Shown here: piece after piece, positions 7,131 through 19,113 of the stretch
How the letters are laid out: each line of letters starts with the position of its first letter
How positions within the stretch are numbered: position 1 is the stretch's first letter
NCBI GenBank assembly: GCA_035264845.1
Contig: DATFPL010000093.1
Location: forward strand, 1 to 53,617
DNA length: 53,617 bases
DNA from: Candidatus Limnocylindrales bacterium
GTDB lineage: Bacteria; Chloroflexota; Limnocylindria; Limnocylindrales; CSP1-4
Direction: 5' to 3'
Position numbers and translations under genes: made by a program
Notes under the pieces: model-generated
What the model was told of the DNA's origin: nothing
Database searches by the model: none
What the model saw: only the letters and a program-made list of their open reading frames with translations

Positions 7131-8737
7131 CGGCACCGACGCGTGACGTGGCGCGCGGGGCGAGTGCCGAAACGGCCGCGGAGGCGCCCGTCGCCGCGCG
7201 CGTCAATGCGAGGAGCCGGGCGCGCATCGACGTGCGTGAGCTCGTCGGGCTCGCCGGCCTGCTCGTCGTCGCCGCGCTTCTGCGGTTCGTCGACCTCCCG
7301 TCGCGGGGGGCATGGGACGCCGACCAGGGCCACGACATGCTCGTTCTCCAGGCGCTCGTCCGTGACGGGGTCGTGCCGCTGCTTGGCCCACCGACGTCGA
7401 TCGGCGACTTCCACCACGGCGTCCTCTACTACTACGTGCTGGCGCCGTTCGCCGCGATCTTCGGCGCGGATCCGCTCGCGGTCGTGGCCGCGATCGCCGT
7501 CGCGGGAGTGGCCGCGGTCGCAGTCACGTGGTGGATCGCCCGCGAGATCGGCGGCGCCGTCGCCGCGTTCGTCGCCGCGGCGCTGATGGCAGTGTCCGCG
7601 GCCGCGGTCGAAGAGTCGACCTTCATCTGGAACCCCAACCTCATCGCGCTTTCGAGTGCCGTCCTTGTCGCGGCCGCGTGGCGAGCGTGGACGACGGGTC
7701 GCGCCCGGTGGTGGATCGTCGCCGCGGTCGCGCAGGCCGTGACGATGCACTGCCATGTGCTGGGCTGCGTGCTCCTCGTGCCGCTCGTCGTCCTTGTCCT
7801 CGCCGACGTCCGACGTCGACCGGCCGGTTCCCGTGCGCCTCTCGTCCGCGCCGCCATCGCGGGCGCGGCCCTGATCGTTCTCAGCTACGTGCCGCTCGCG
7901 ACCTATGAGCTCACGCACGGATTCCCGGAGACCCACGCGGCCGCCGCGTTCGTCGCCGGGGGCGGCGACCCGAGCGCCGCGTCGCCGCCCCTGCGGCTCC
8001 TCATCGTCGCGCTCCGGATCGTGGCCTGGCCCCTGACCGGGCTGATCACCGATGCTCCCGTCGCCGCGCTGCTCGCCGTGGCCGGAGTGATCGCGATCAT
8101 CGTCTGGCGGAGCGGATCGCGTCACGGCCGCGAGCGCGTCGCCGTCCGGGCGTTCGCCGCGACGCTCGCGTGGTGCGCTGTCGCGCTCGCGCTCGGCGCG
8201 TCAAGCCTTGCGACGGTGGTCAAGGGCCTGCCGAACGATCACTATCACGCGTTCCTCGACCCGATCGTGTTCGTCATCGCAGGGCTCGGCGCCGCCGCCC
8301 TGTGGCGACTGCGACAGCCGGCGGGACCCGCGATCGCGACCGCGGCCGTTGCTGTCGTCGTCGCGTTCAACGTCGCGATCCGGCCACCCGCGGTCGCGCC
8401 GGACGGGGGCTGGCCGGCCGCACGCGACGCCGCGACGCGGATCCTCGCCACAGTCGGCGACCGCGACTACATCGTTGTCGGCGTCCCGGCATTCAAGTCC
8501 GCCGACGCCTACGGCTTCCCGCTGGATCACGCAGGCCGTCCACCGGTCCGACTGACGGACGCGATGGGATACACCGGGGCCGTCGTTGTCGTGTGCGACC
8601 GGCTCTTCGAGGAGGCAGTGGGGACGCCGTGCGGCGGGCCCTCCGAGGACGCGACCGCCGCGCAGCTGAAGACCGCGGCGACGCTCGCGGCGCGTTTCGA
8701 CGCCTCCGCCAGGACGACGGTCTCGATCTACCGCTGA
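7127..8737 (+). CDS. Glycosyltransferase family 39 (ArnT/PMT-like) polytopic membrane protein
   Basis: 536 aa with many TM helices. The N-terminal region (LRFVDLPSRGAWDADQGHDMLVLQ...) is typical of GT39/PMT_2 proteins. The GTG start overlaps the nfo stop (GTGA). Confidence 0.7.
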   Translation: MTAPTRDVARGASAETAAEAPVAARVNARSRARIDVRELVGLAGLLVVAALLRFVDLPSRGAWDADQGHDMLVLQALVRDGVVPLLGPPTSIGDFHHGVLYYYVLAPFAAIFGADPLAVVAAIAVAGVAAVAVTWWIAREIGGAVAAFVAAALMAVSAAAVEESTFIWNPNLIALSSAVLVAAAWRAWTTGRARWWIVAAVAQAVTMHCHVLGCVLLVPLVVLVLADVRRRPAGSRAPLVRAAIAGAALIVLSYVPLATYELTHGFPETHAAAAFVAGGGDPSAASPPLRLLIVALRIVAWPLTGLITDAPVAALLAVAGVIAIIVWRSGSRHGRERVAVRAFAATLAWCAVALALGASSLATVVKGLPNDHYHAFLDPIVFVIAGLGAAALWRLRQPAGPAIATAAVAVVVAFNVAIRPPAVAPDGGWPAARDAATRILATVGDRDYIVVGVPAFKSADAYGFPLDHAGRPPVRLTDAMGYTGAVVVVCDRLFEEAVGTPCGGPSEDATAAQLKTAATLAARFDASARTTVSIYR

Positions 8738-8740
8738 ATC

Positions 8741-8772
8741 GCGAACGCCGGCCCGGAGAGGCCGGCGTTCGC
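8741..8772. terminator. GC-rich hairpin (13-bp perfect stem GCGAACGCCGGCC / GGCCGGCGTTCGC, 6-nt loop) between convergent genes
   Basis: Read directly. It begins 4 nt after the GT39 stop. There is no clear U-tract. Confidence 0.5.
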
Positions 8773-8781
8773 TGTCCCCGA

Positions 8782-8808
8782 GACCCGGATGTGGAGGGCA
8801 TCCGGGTC
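8782..8808. terminator. Second hairpin (10-bp perfect stem GACCCGGATG / CATCCGGGTC, 7-nt loop) between convergent genes
   Basis: Read directly. It lies 17 nt from the stop of the minus-strand XRE gene. Confidence 0.45.
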
Positions 8809-8824
8809 GTGCCCTGGTATGCGG

Positions 8825-9352
8825 CTAGAAGCGGCCGGGCGGCCTCGATGACGGTCGTGCGACGGGGCGTGCGCTTCGGATCCCGGGTGCGGCCGAGACG
8901 CCCGCGACGACCGGGCTGGCGGAACCGTTGGCGCCGCGGCTGACGGCGCGCTCGGGCGCGCGTTCCGGCGCGCTCGGCTCGGATGCCTGGAAGGCGCGGC
9001 CGAAGCGGCGCATCCGGACGGCGAGGTAGTACTCCATGATCTGACGGACCTGCGGCTCGCTCAGGAGGTCGTCCGACCTGAGGGCGTATTCGACGCGGGC
9101 GGTCGGGTTCGTGGCACCGGCCGCGACCAGGCCGAGGTACTGGGGGGTGTCTGCGTCGTCACGGAGCTCGCGCAGCCCGCGCGCCAGCTTCGTCGCCGTG
9201 CCGAGCGACGGCATGCGGTCGCCGCGGATGAGCCGGGAGATGGTCGAGTGGTCGACGCCCGACTGCTGCGCGAGCTGGCGCTGCGACATCTTCTTGGCCT
9301 TGAGCTGGGCTCGAAGCCACTCGTTGAACGCTCGACCGTTCTGGCTGGTCAT
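8825..9352 (-). CDS. XRE-family helix-turn-helix transcriptional regulator with a low-complexity C-terminus
   Basis: Helix-turn-helix: MSQRQLAQQSGVDHSTISRLIRGDRMPSLGTATKLARGL. No obvious Shine-Dalgarno sequence precedes the ATG. Confidence 0.7.
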   Translation of the reverse strand: MTSQNGRAFNEWLRAQLKAKKMSQRQLAQQSGVDHSTISRLIRGDRMPSLGTATKLARGLRELRDDADTPQYLGLVAAGATNPTARVEYALRSDDLLSEPQVRQIMEYYLAVRMRRFGRAFQASEPSAPERAPERAVSRGANGSASPVVAGVSAAPGIRSARPVARPSSRPPGRF

Positions 9353-9545
9353 GTGTTGGTTGGGCCGCTCCGTGACGGGCAGCAGGCTCTGCCGCGCTGT
9401 CGAAACTATCCTTTGGGCCCTCTGGCGCCTGTATCACCCGTTCGTACCGCCGGGCTCTACGAGGGCTCACCGGCCCCCGGTCGGTGGGGTGGAGTCGATG
9501 CCGGTCAGGGCGGGAACGCCGAGGAGGAACGCCGGTCGGGCGGTA

Positions 9546-9565
9546 GTACGGCCGGCCGGCCGTAC
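9546..9565. other. 20-bp perfect palindrome GTACGGCCGGCCGGCCGTAC
   Basis: Read directly. It lies 37 nt downstream of the UPF0104 gene stop and about 190 nt upstream of the XRE start. It could be a terminator hairpin or a protein-binding site. Confidence 0.35.
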
Positions 9566-9601
9566 GGGCCGTCGGTCCCGAAGCCGGGCGCGGTGCCCGG
9601 G

Positions 9602-10693
9602 TCAGGCGACCGCAGTCGGCTCGGCGTCCGCCTCGTCGACGCCGGCCCCACGTCGCTTGCTCGACAGCGCGTAGGCGATCGACCCGAGGACGATGATCGA
9701 CAGGACGCTGATCGCGCGGTCCACGAGCGCGATCGTGGCGGCCTCGGTCTGCGGGATCCCGTACGCGACGGTGAGGACGCCGACGACGCCCGCCTCGACA
9801 ATCCCGAGCCCTGCCGGGCTGAGCGGCACGGCCGTCAGGAGGGACCCGATCAAGGCGACGAAGAACGCCCCGGAAATCCCCAGGCTCACGCCGGGAAGGT
9901 TCAGGGCCTGGACCACCAGGTACAGCCGCATCGCCTCCGTCGCCCAGATGAACCCCGTCACGACGATGAGCAACGGCAGCGCGCGGATCCCGACGGCTCC
10001 GAACACGCCCTCCTCGAACCGGTCGTAATACTCGAGGATGCGGTGCGGAACGGGCAGCCGGACGAGGATCCGGCGCCCGAAGTTGCGCATCGTCAGGAGC
10101 CCGGCGGCAAGGACGACGACGACGCCGACCCCGATCGCGAACACGATCTGGATCTGCGTCGGGAGCCCACTCCTGAAGCTCCAGTACCCGGCCGCGAGGC
10201 CCAGGACGGAGATCGCGAACAGGTCGAGAATGCGCTCGATGAAGACGGTCCCGAAGGTCCGACTGAGCGAGACTGGGCTGTTGATCTTGAGCAGCCACGC
10301 GCGGTAGAGGTCGCCCAGCTTCGCCGGAACGAGGCAGTTCACCAGCCACGACAGGAAGATGATCTCCGTCGCGTCCCGGACACCGAGCCGGAAGCCCGTC
10401 CCCCGGATGAGGAGCGCCCAGCGGAAGCCACGGAGCGGGAAGCCGAGGTAGAAGATGACGAACGCCGCCAGCAGGAGGGCCGGGTTCGCGGCGAGGACGA
10501 GGCCAGGGATTCGTTGAAGCTGGAAGCCCGGCAGGTTGATGAGCACCAGCACGAGGATCACCAGCGGGACGACAAGCGAGGCGATCGTCCGCGGCTGACG
10601 GAGCCGCGCGGAGAGAGACAGCTGCTCCGCCGTCACCTCCCGATCGTCGGAGGCGGCGGCGGGTCCGGATGGCCGGTCTCGGCCCTCCGTCAT
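9602..10693 (-). CDS. UPF0104 / lysylphosphatidylglycerol-synthase-TM-region ('flippase-like') membrane protein
   Basis: 363 aa with about 8 TM helices. Family-typical region: FPLRGFRWALLIRGTGFRLGVRDATEIIFLSWLVNCLVPAKLGDLYRAWLL. Confidence 0.7.
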   Translation of the reverse strand: MTEGRDRPSGPAAASDDREVTAEQLSLSARLRQPRTIASLVVPLVILVLVLINLPGFQLQRIPGLVLAANPALLLAAFVIFYLGFPLRGFRWALLIRGTGFRLGVRDATEIIFLSWLVNCLVPAKLGDLYRAWLLKINSPVSLSRTFGTVFIERILDLFAISVLGLAAGYWSFRSGLPTQIQIVFAIGVGVVVVLAAGLLTMRNFGRRILVRLPVPHRILEYYDRFEEGVFGAVGIRALPLLIVVTGFIWATEAMRLYLVVQALNLPGVSLGISGAFFVALIGSLLTAVPLSPAGLGIVEAGVVGVLTVAYGIPQTEAATIALVDRAISVLSIIVLGSIAYALSSKRRGAGVDEADAEPTAVA

Positions 10694-11415
10694 CGCCGCG
10701 GTCCTGTGTTCGCCGCCGGCGGCGCGGCGGGCTGGATGCGGCCGTTGCCGCGGGCACGCTGGACGACCTTGGCGACCGGCGTGAGCGCTCGCACGACGAA
10801 CGAGGCGCGACCCGGGATCACGTCGACGGAGCGAAGCGCCGCCTTGAGCCCATCCGACGTGGACGGATCGCCGTCCACGGCGACATAGGCGACCCCGACT
10901 TCGAGCACCGAATGCGCGTCGCTGACGGCGACCCCGGGCAGCCCATGAGTGCGCGCGAACTCGGCCGCCAGGTCGTTGCCACCGCCGACGACCCGGGCGT
11001 TGTGGACTTCGACCCAGTCAACGAGGGGCCCGATGGCCGCCATCCGGGCGTCCCGCAGGAGCGATCCCCTGAACCGGTCGAACGGGTGCGGGATCCCGAC
11101 GAGCCCGCCCTGTTCGTGGACGGCCTCGATCGCGTCCATCGCCGAGAGGCCCGGCGGGACGGCACTGTCGAGGAAGACGCCGATGAGATCGCCGTCGGCA
11201 GTTCGGATCTCCTCGCCGATGATGACCGCCAGCCCGGCCGGCGCGACCTCGCGCGCCTCGAGAGCGCCGTCGATTCGGTCGTGGTCGGTGATGGCGAGGT
11301 GCGTGATCCCCCGCTCGGCAGCGGCGCGGACGACAGACGCCGGCGCCGCGAGGCAGTCGAAACTGGCCCGCGTGTGGCAGTGGAGGTCGAGAAACGACCT
11401 CCGGGCGGCGGTCAT
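10690..11415 (-). CDS. PHP-domain metal-dependent phosphoesterase
   Basis: LDLHCHTRASFDCL...GITHLAITDHDRIDG...VHNARV...SDAHS match the PHP His/Asp metal-ligand motifs. There is a 4-nt overlap with the downstream UPF0104 gene. Confidence 0.8.
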   Translation of the reverse strand: MTAARRSFLDLHCHTRASFDCLAAPASVVRAAAERGITHLAITDHDRIDGALEAREVAPAGLAVIIGEEIRTADGDLIGVFLDSAVPPGLSAMDAIEAVHEQGGLVGIPHPFDRFRGSLLRDARMAAIGPLVDWVEVHNARVVGGGNDLAAEFARTHGLPGVAVSDAHSVLEVGVAYVAVDGDPSTSDGLKAALRSVDVIPGRASFVVRALTPVAKVVQRARGNGRIQPAAPPAANTGPRR

Positions 11416-11422
11416 GCCGCGG

Positions 11423-12421
11423 TCAGACCGCCTGCACGAGCGACTTCTTGAAGAAGTCGAAGTGCTCGAGCGCCAACCCCGTCCCGAGCGCGACGCAGTT
11501 GAGCGAGTTTTCGGCGACGTGGCACGGGACGCCCGTGACCTGGGTCAGGAGCTTGTCGATGTTCCGCAGCAGCGCGCCACCGCCGGACATGACCATGCCC
11601 TTGTCGATGATGTCGCTCGACAGCTCCGGCGGCGTCTGCTCGAGGACCATCCGCACTGCGGCGACCAGCTGCTGCAGCGGCGCCTCGATGGCCTCCATGA
11701 CCTCGGAGCTCGTGATCGGGATCGTCCGGGGGAGGCCCGCGATCAGATCGCGGCCGCGGACTTCCATCGACAGCTCGTGCTCGAGTGGCAGCGCCGTGCC
11801 GATCTGGATCTTGACCTCTTCCGCGGTCCGCTCACCGACCATAAGGTTGTATTTCTTGCGAATGTATGTCGCGATCGACTCATCGAACTTGTTGCCGCCG
11901 ACGCGGAGCGAGGTCGAGACGACGATGCCGCCGAGGGCGATGACGGCGATCTCGCTCGTCCCGCCACCGATATCGATGACCATGTTCCCCGACGGTCCGC
12001 TGATCGGAACATTCGCACCGATCGCGGCGGCCAGCGGCTCCTCGATCAGGTACGCCTCCTTCGCGCCCGCCTTGAGGGCCGCGTCGCGGACGGCGCGCTT
12101 CTCGACCGTCGTGACACCGGCGGGGACGCTGATCATCACCTCCGGCTTCGACAGGTTCATCCGGCCCTTCGTCGCCTTGCCGATGAAGAACCGAAGCATC
12201 GCTTCCGTGATGACGTAGTCGGCGATGACGCCGTCCTTCATCGGGCGGATGGCCTGGATGTTGCCGGGCGTTCGGCCGATCATCTCGCGGGCTTCCTCGC
12301 CGACGGCGACGATCCGGTTGTCGTCGCTGACCGCGACGACCGACGGCTCCTGGATGACGATGCCCTTGCCCTTGACGTAGACGAGGACATTGGCCGTCCC
12401 CAGGTCGATGCCGATCTTCAT
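11423..12421 (-). CDS. mreB: Rod-shape-determining actin homologue MreB (Mbl-like genomic position)
   Basis: 332 aa: [57 protein letters not shown]. The start overlaps the murA stop (TGATG). Confidence 0.95.
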   Translation of the reverse strand: MKIGIDLGTANVLVYVKGKGIVIQEPSVVAVSDDNRIVAVGEEAREMIGRTPGNIQAIRPMKDGVIADYVITEAMLRFFIGKATKGRMNLSKPEVMISVPAGVTTVEKRAVRDAALKAGAKEAYLIEEPLAAAIGANVPISGPSGNMVIDIGGGTSEIAVIALGGIVVSTSLRVGGNKFDESIATYIRKKYNLMVGERTAEEVKIQIGTALPLEHELSMEVRGRDLIAGLPRTIPITSSEVMEAIEAPLQQLVAAVRMVLEQTPPELSSDIIDKGMVMSGGGALLRNIDKLLTQVTGVPCHVAENSLNCVALGTGLALEHFDFFKKSLVQAV

Positions 12422-13764
12422 CAGGTCGTGGCCTGCTCCCCTTCTGCGAGACGCTCGATCCTGGCGCCGAGGTCGAGAAACTTCCGTTCGATGTTCTCAT
12501 ACCCCCGGTGCACGTGGTGGGCCCCATGGATCGTCGTCGTCCCAGTCGCCGCGAGTGCGGCGAGGATCAGCGAGGCGCCGGCGCGCAGGTCGCCGATCTC
12601 GACCTCCGCGCCGTGGAGGCTCGCGGGGCCGGAGATGCGCGCGTGGTGCGAGTCGAGAATCCTCACCTGGGCACCCATCCGGCGCAGCTCGGCGAGCCAC
12701 TCGAGGCGATCCTCGAAGATCGACTCGTGGACGGTCGAGCTCCCGGCCGCCTGGGTCAGCAGGACGCATGTCGGCGGCTGGAGGTCCGTGGCAAGGCCCG
12801 GGTACGGCGCGGTCTCGATATCGCAGGGCTTGAACGCACCTGGCCCGACGGCCGTCGCGTCGACGTCGATGCGGTCCTTGCCGCACGTCACGGCGACGCC
12901 GGTGTTGTCGAGGACCTCGAGGAACGACCCGAGGTGGTCCCCGGCCGCGCCGTCGAGCCGCATCTGTCCCCCCGTGACCGCGGCCGCGACGACGAACGTG
13001 CCTGTCTCGATCCGGTCGGGGATGACGCGGTGCTCCGCACCTCGGAGGCGGCGCTTGCCGTCGATCTCGATCGTGTCGGAATACGTCCGCTCGATGACCG
13101 CGCCCATCTTCTGGAGGAACGCGATGAGGTCGTCGACCTCCGGCTCCTGCGCCGCGGGACGGATGACGGTGTGCCCCTCGGCGAGGGTCGCCGCGAGCAT
13201 CGCGTTCTCGGTCCCCATAACGGAGACGATCGGGAAGCGGATCTCCGTGCCGCGCAGGCGGCCGGGTGCTGTCGCGAAGTAGTAGCCGTTGCGGTAGTCG
13301 ATCTGCGCACCGAGCGCGCGCATCGCGTCGACGTGGAGGTCGACCGGTCGACGGCCGATCCGGTCGCCACCGGGGTTGCTGATGATGACCCGGCCGAACC
13401 GCGCGAGCAGCGGCCCGAGAAGCATGAAGCTCGCGCGCATCTTGGCGGCCGCCTCGAGCGGCACGAAGAGCCATTCGACGTCGCCCGAAGCGACCTCGTA
13501 CACGCTCGGCTGCGGATGGTCGACGACGACCCCCAGGTCGCGAAGGGTCTCCGCCATGACGCGGACGTCCTCGATCTCCGGGACGTTCGTGAACCGGCAG
13601 CGTTCACCGGTCAGCGTCGCGGCCGCGAGCATCTTCAGCGCGGCGTTCTTCGCCCCGCTGATGCGCACGCTGCCATTGAGCTGCCGCCCGCCCTCGATCC
13701 GAAAGACCTCGCGTGCCACGGGCTCCGGTTGATACTCCCAATGGAACGGTCGCGCGTCAGCCAT
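12421..13764 (-). CDS. murA: UDP-N-acetylglucosamine 1-carboxyvinyltransferase
   Basis: [24 protein letters not shown]..., [15 protein letters not shown], and full-length similarity to MurA. I chose the ATG at 13764; a TTG one codon upstream (13767) is the alternative start. Confidence 0.93.
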   Translation of the reverse strand: MADARPFHWEYQPEPVAREVFRIEGGRQLNGSVRISGAKNAALKMLAAATLTGERCRFTNVPEIEDVRVMAETLRDLGVVVDHPQPSVYEVASGDVEWLFVPLEAAAKMRASFMLLGPLLARFGRVIISNPGGDRIGRRPVDLHVDAMRALGAQIDYRNGYYFATAPGRLRGTEIRFPIVSVMGTENAMLAATLAEGHTVIRPAAQEPEVDDLIAFLQKMGAVIERTYSDTIEIDGKRRLRGAEHRVIPDRIETGTFVVAAAVTGGQMRLDGAAGDHLGSFLEVLDNTGVAVTCGKDRIDVDATAVGPGAFKPCDIETAPYPGLATDLQPPTCVLLTQAAGSSTVHESIFEDRLEWLAELRRMGAQVRILDSHHARISGPASLHGAEVEIGDLRAGASLILAALAATGTTTIHGAHHVHRGYENIERKFLDLGARIERLAEGEQATT

Positions 13765-13873
13765 CAATGGCCACGTCGAACTGCCACCCTCGACGGGTTA
13801 CGGCCAACTCGCTCTCCGAAGGCCGAGGCGACGCCCCTGCGAGCCATCGGCGGGAGGATCCTGGCGTCAGCCA

Positions 13874-14302
13874 TCAGCCGCGGTGCCGCGGTCCCTCGCG
13901 ATGACGGCGCTCGGCGACGCGGATCCTGAGCAGCGCCTGCTGGAGCGCCGCGCGCGCGGCCGCCAGGTCGGCGCCTTCGTGGTAGCCCGTCTCGATCGCG
14001 CGCTCGGCCTCGCGCCGAGCCTCCTGGGCGCGCTCGAGGTCGATCTCGGACGCCATGTCCGCCGTCTCGGCCATCACGACGACCTTGTCCGGCCGGACCT
14101 GGACGAAGCCGCCCGCGATGGCGAACAGCTCCTCCGATCCGCCCTTCCGGATCCGCAGCTCGCCGATGCCGAGCATCGACACGAGCGGCGCGTGGTTCGG
14201 CAGGATGCCGAGCTCGCCTTCGCTCCCCGGGACCTGGACCGAATCGACGTCGTCCTCGAACGCGAGGCGCTCGGGGGTGACGATCTCGAGCCGCAGCGGC
14301 AT
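13874..14302 (-). CDS. atpC: F1 ATP synthase epsilon subunit
   Basis: LEIVTPERLAFEDDVDSVQVPGSEGELGILPNHAPLVS. It is the last gene of the atp operon. Confidence 0.92.
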   Translation of the reverse strand: MPLRLEIVTPERLAFEDDVDSVQVPGSEGELGILPNHAPLVSMLGIGELRIRKGGSEELFAIAGGFVQVRPDKVVVMAETADMASEIDLERAQEARREAERAIETGYHEGADLAAARAALQQALLRIRVAERRHREGPRHRG

Positions 14303-14306
14303 CGGT

Positions 14307-16582
<2,276 letters not shown>

Positions 16583-16599
<17 letters not shown>

Positions 16600-18502
16600 G
16601 CTCGGTGGGGTTGGACTGCGCGTCGCGTGGGATCGACTTCGTGTTCGGCGTCTCCGGCGCGGGGCCGGCAGCGGGCGTCGCCGTTGCGGCGGGCGTGCCC
16701 GTTTGTCGCGCCCCGGCGTCCGGCGTGGTCGCCGGCCCGGACGCGGCCGGCCGGTCCTTCGCGGCGTCGGAGCCTGCGTCGCCGGCCGTGGGCCGCGGTG
16801 CCTGGCGCTGCTGCTGCGCGGTTGCCGACGACGTCGTCGCGGCGTCGCCGGACGCGCCCGAGGCGCCGCTTGCGGCGGGCTGCGCGTCGCCGCCCGCCGG
16901 CGTCCCTGCCGTTCCCTGCGCCGCGGCCGCCGGCTGCGCCGGCTTGTCGCCCTTCGGCTTCGAGGGATCCATCCCGAACACCTCCGTCCGGAACGCCTCG
17001 ATCGCGTCGTCGAGCTTCTTCGCCGTCTCGTCGGTGAGGCCCTTCGTGTCGCGGATGTCGTTCAGGATCTCCGCCCGGTCGTTGTCGAGGAACCGGTAGA
17101 GGCCCGACTCGAACTCCTTGACCCGCGGCGTCGGAACGTCATCGAGCCGCCCGGTCGTGGCCGCGTACAGGATCGCCACCTGCTTCTCGACGGGGAGCGG
17201 CTGGTACTGCGGCTGCTTGATGACCTCCGACAGCTTCTCGCCTCGGGTCAGCTGGTCGCGCGTCGCCTTGTCGAGGTCCGACGCGAACTGGGCGAACGCG
17301 GCAAGGGAGCGGTACTGGGCCAGATCGAGCTTGAGCGGCGCGGCGACCTTCTTCATCGCCTTCGTCTGGGCCGCGGAACCGACCCGCGAGACCGAGATGC
17401 CGATGTTCAGCGCGGGTCGCTGGCCGGCGTTGAACAGGTCCGTCTCGAGGAAGATCTGGCCGTCGGTGATCGAGATCACGTTCGTCGGGATGTACGCCGA
17501 CACGTCGCCGGCCTGCGTCTCGATCATCGGCAGCGCCGTCAGCGAGCCGCCGCCGTTCTCGTCGTTCATCCGTGCCGCCCGCTCGAGGAGCCGGCTGTGG
17601 AGGTAGAAGACATCACCGGGGTAGGCCTCGCGACCGGGCGGCCGGCGCAGCAGGAGCGACATCTCGCGGTACGCCCAGGCGTGCTTGCTCAGGTCGTCGT
17701 AGACACACAGCGCGTCCTTGACCGTCTGACCCGCGACCTGGACGCCCTCCTCCATGATCTCCTCGCCCATCGCGGCGCCGGCGTACGGAGCGAGGTACTG
17801 GAGCGGCGCAGGATCCTCGGCGCCGGCGACGACGACGATCGTGTGCTCCATCGCGCCGTACTTCTCCAGCACGGCGACGGTCTGGGCGACCGTCGACAGC
17901 TTCTGCCCGATCGCGACGTAAATGCAGACGAGCCCCTGGCCCTTCTGGTTGATGATCGCGTCGATCGCGACCGCGGTCTTGCCGGTCTGCCGGTCCCCGA
18001 TGATCAGCTCGCGCTGACCGCGACCGATCGGGATGAGCGCGTCGATCGCCTTGATCCCGGTCTGGACCGGGGTGTCGACGGACTTGCGGACGATGACGCC
18101 CGGAGCGATCCGCTCGACCGGGCGCGTGCGCGTCGCCTCGATCGGACCCTTGTCGTCGAGCGGCTCGCCGAGCGGGCTGACGACGCGGCCGAGGAGCGCC
18201 TGGCCGACGGGCACCTCGACGACGCGGCCGGTCGTCTTGACGGTGTCGCCTTCCTTGATCGCGTCGGCGTTGCCGAGGATCACCGCACCGACCGTCTCTT
18301 CCTGGAGGTTGAGGGCCATCCCCATCACGCCGTTCGGGAACTCGAGCATCTCCGACGCCAGCGCGCCGGCGAGGCCGTAGATCTGGGCAATTCCGTCACC
18401 GACCTCGACGACGGTGCCGACACTGCGCGTCTCCGTCGTCTCGTCGAACTGGTCGATCGCGGACTTGATGATGCTGATGATCTCGTCGGATCGGATGGCC
18501 AT
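16583..18502 (-). CDS. atpA: F1 ATP synthase alpha subunit with a roughly 130-aa low-complexity C-terminal extension
   Basis: The canonical alpha fold runs to about residue 510 (Walker [12 protein letters not shown]). Residues about 511-639 are Ala/Pro/Gly/Thr/Ser-rich. The last 17 nt overlap the atpG start. Confidence 0.95.
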
Positions 18503-18546
18503 GCGTTCTCCGTTTCAGGCGCGGTTGCGGGATGTCGCGGTGCGGC

Positions 18547-19113
18547 TCAGCGGGCGTCCGCGGTGTGGAGTCTGTTGCCGGCGATGAGCTGTTCGCGGAG
18601 CCGCTCGAGGCGGCCCCTGACGCTCGCGTCGAGGAGCCGGTCGCCGACCCGGACGGTCAGCCCACCGATCAGAGATTCGTCGATTCGCATCTCGAGCTCG
18701 ACGGTCGCGCCCGTCATCGCACGGAGTCGCTGCTCGAGGGCCGCCGTCTCGTCGGTGGTCAGCGGCGTCGCGCTCGTGACGATCGCCGTAACGATGCCGT
18801 TGTGACGGTTGAGGAGCCGGCGGTACTCGGCCGAGATCTGCGTCACGAGGTCGAGGCGGCGGCGCTCCGAAAGCAGCCGGACGAGGTTCTTCACCGGCGG
18901 TCGGACGCGGGTGCCGAGCAGCTTGTCGATCGTCGCCTGCCGCTCGGCGTACGGACGCGACGGGTCGTCGACGACGCGGATGACCCGCTCGTCGCCGATG
19001 AGGGATGCGACGGTCGCGAGGTCCTCGCCCCACGCGTCGATCGAGCCATCGCGCTCGGCGAGCTCGAAGGCAGCCTCGGCGTAGCGGCGCGGCGCCGTCG
19101 ACGGTCTCGCCAT
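18547..19113 (-). CDS. atpH: F1 ATP synthase delta (OSCP) subunit
   Basis: 188 aa. YAEAAFELA... GGLTVRVGDRLLDASVRGRLERL. Confidence 0.9.
   Translation of the reverse strand: MARPSTAPRRYAEAAFELAERDGSIDAWGEDLATVASLIGDERVIRVVDDPSRPYAERQATIDKLLGTRVRPPVKNLVRLLSERRRLDLVTQISAEYRRLLNRHNGIVTAIVTSATPLTTDETAALEQRLRAMTGATVELEMRIDESLIGGLTVRVGDRLLDASVRGRLERLREQLIAGNRLHTADAR

Noticed and set aside
8737-9602. The isolated XRE regulator flanked by hairpins, considered as a possible remnant of a prophage or integrated element.
   Set aside because: There is no integrase, no attachment-site-like direct repeats, no phage genes, and no visible compositional shift. A single regulator gene is insufficient evidence.
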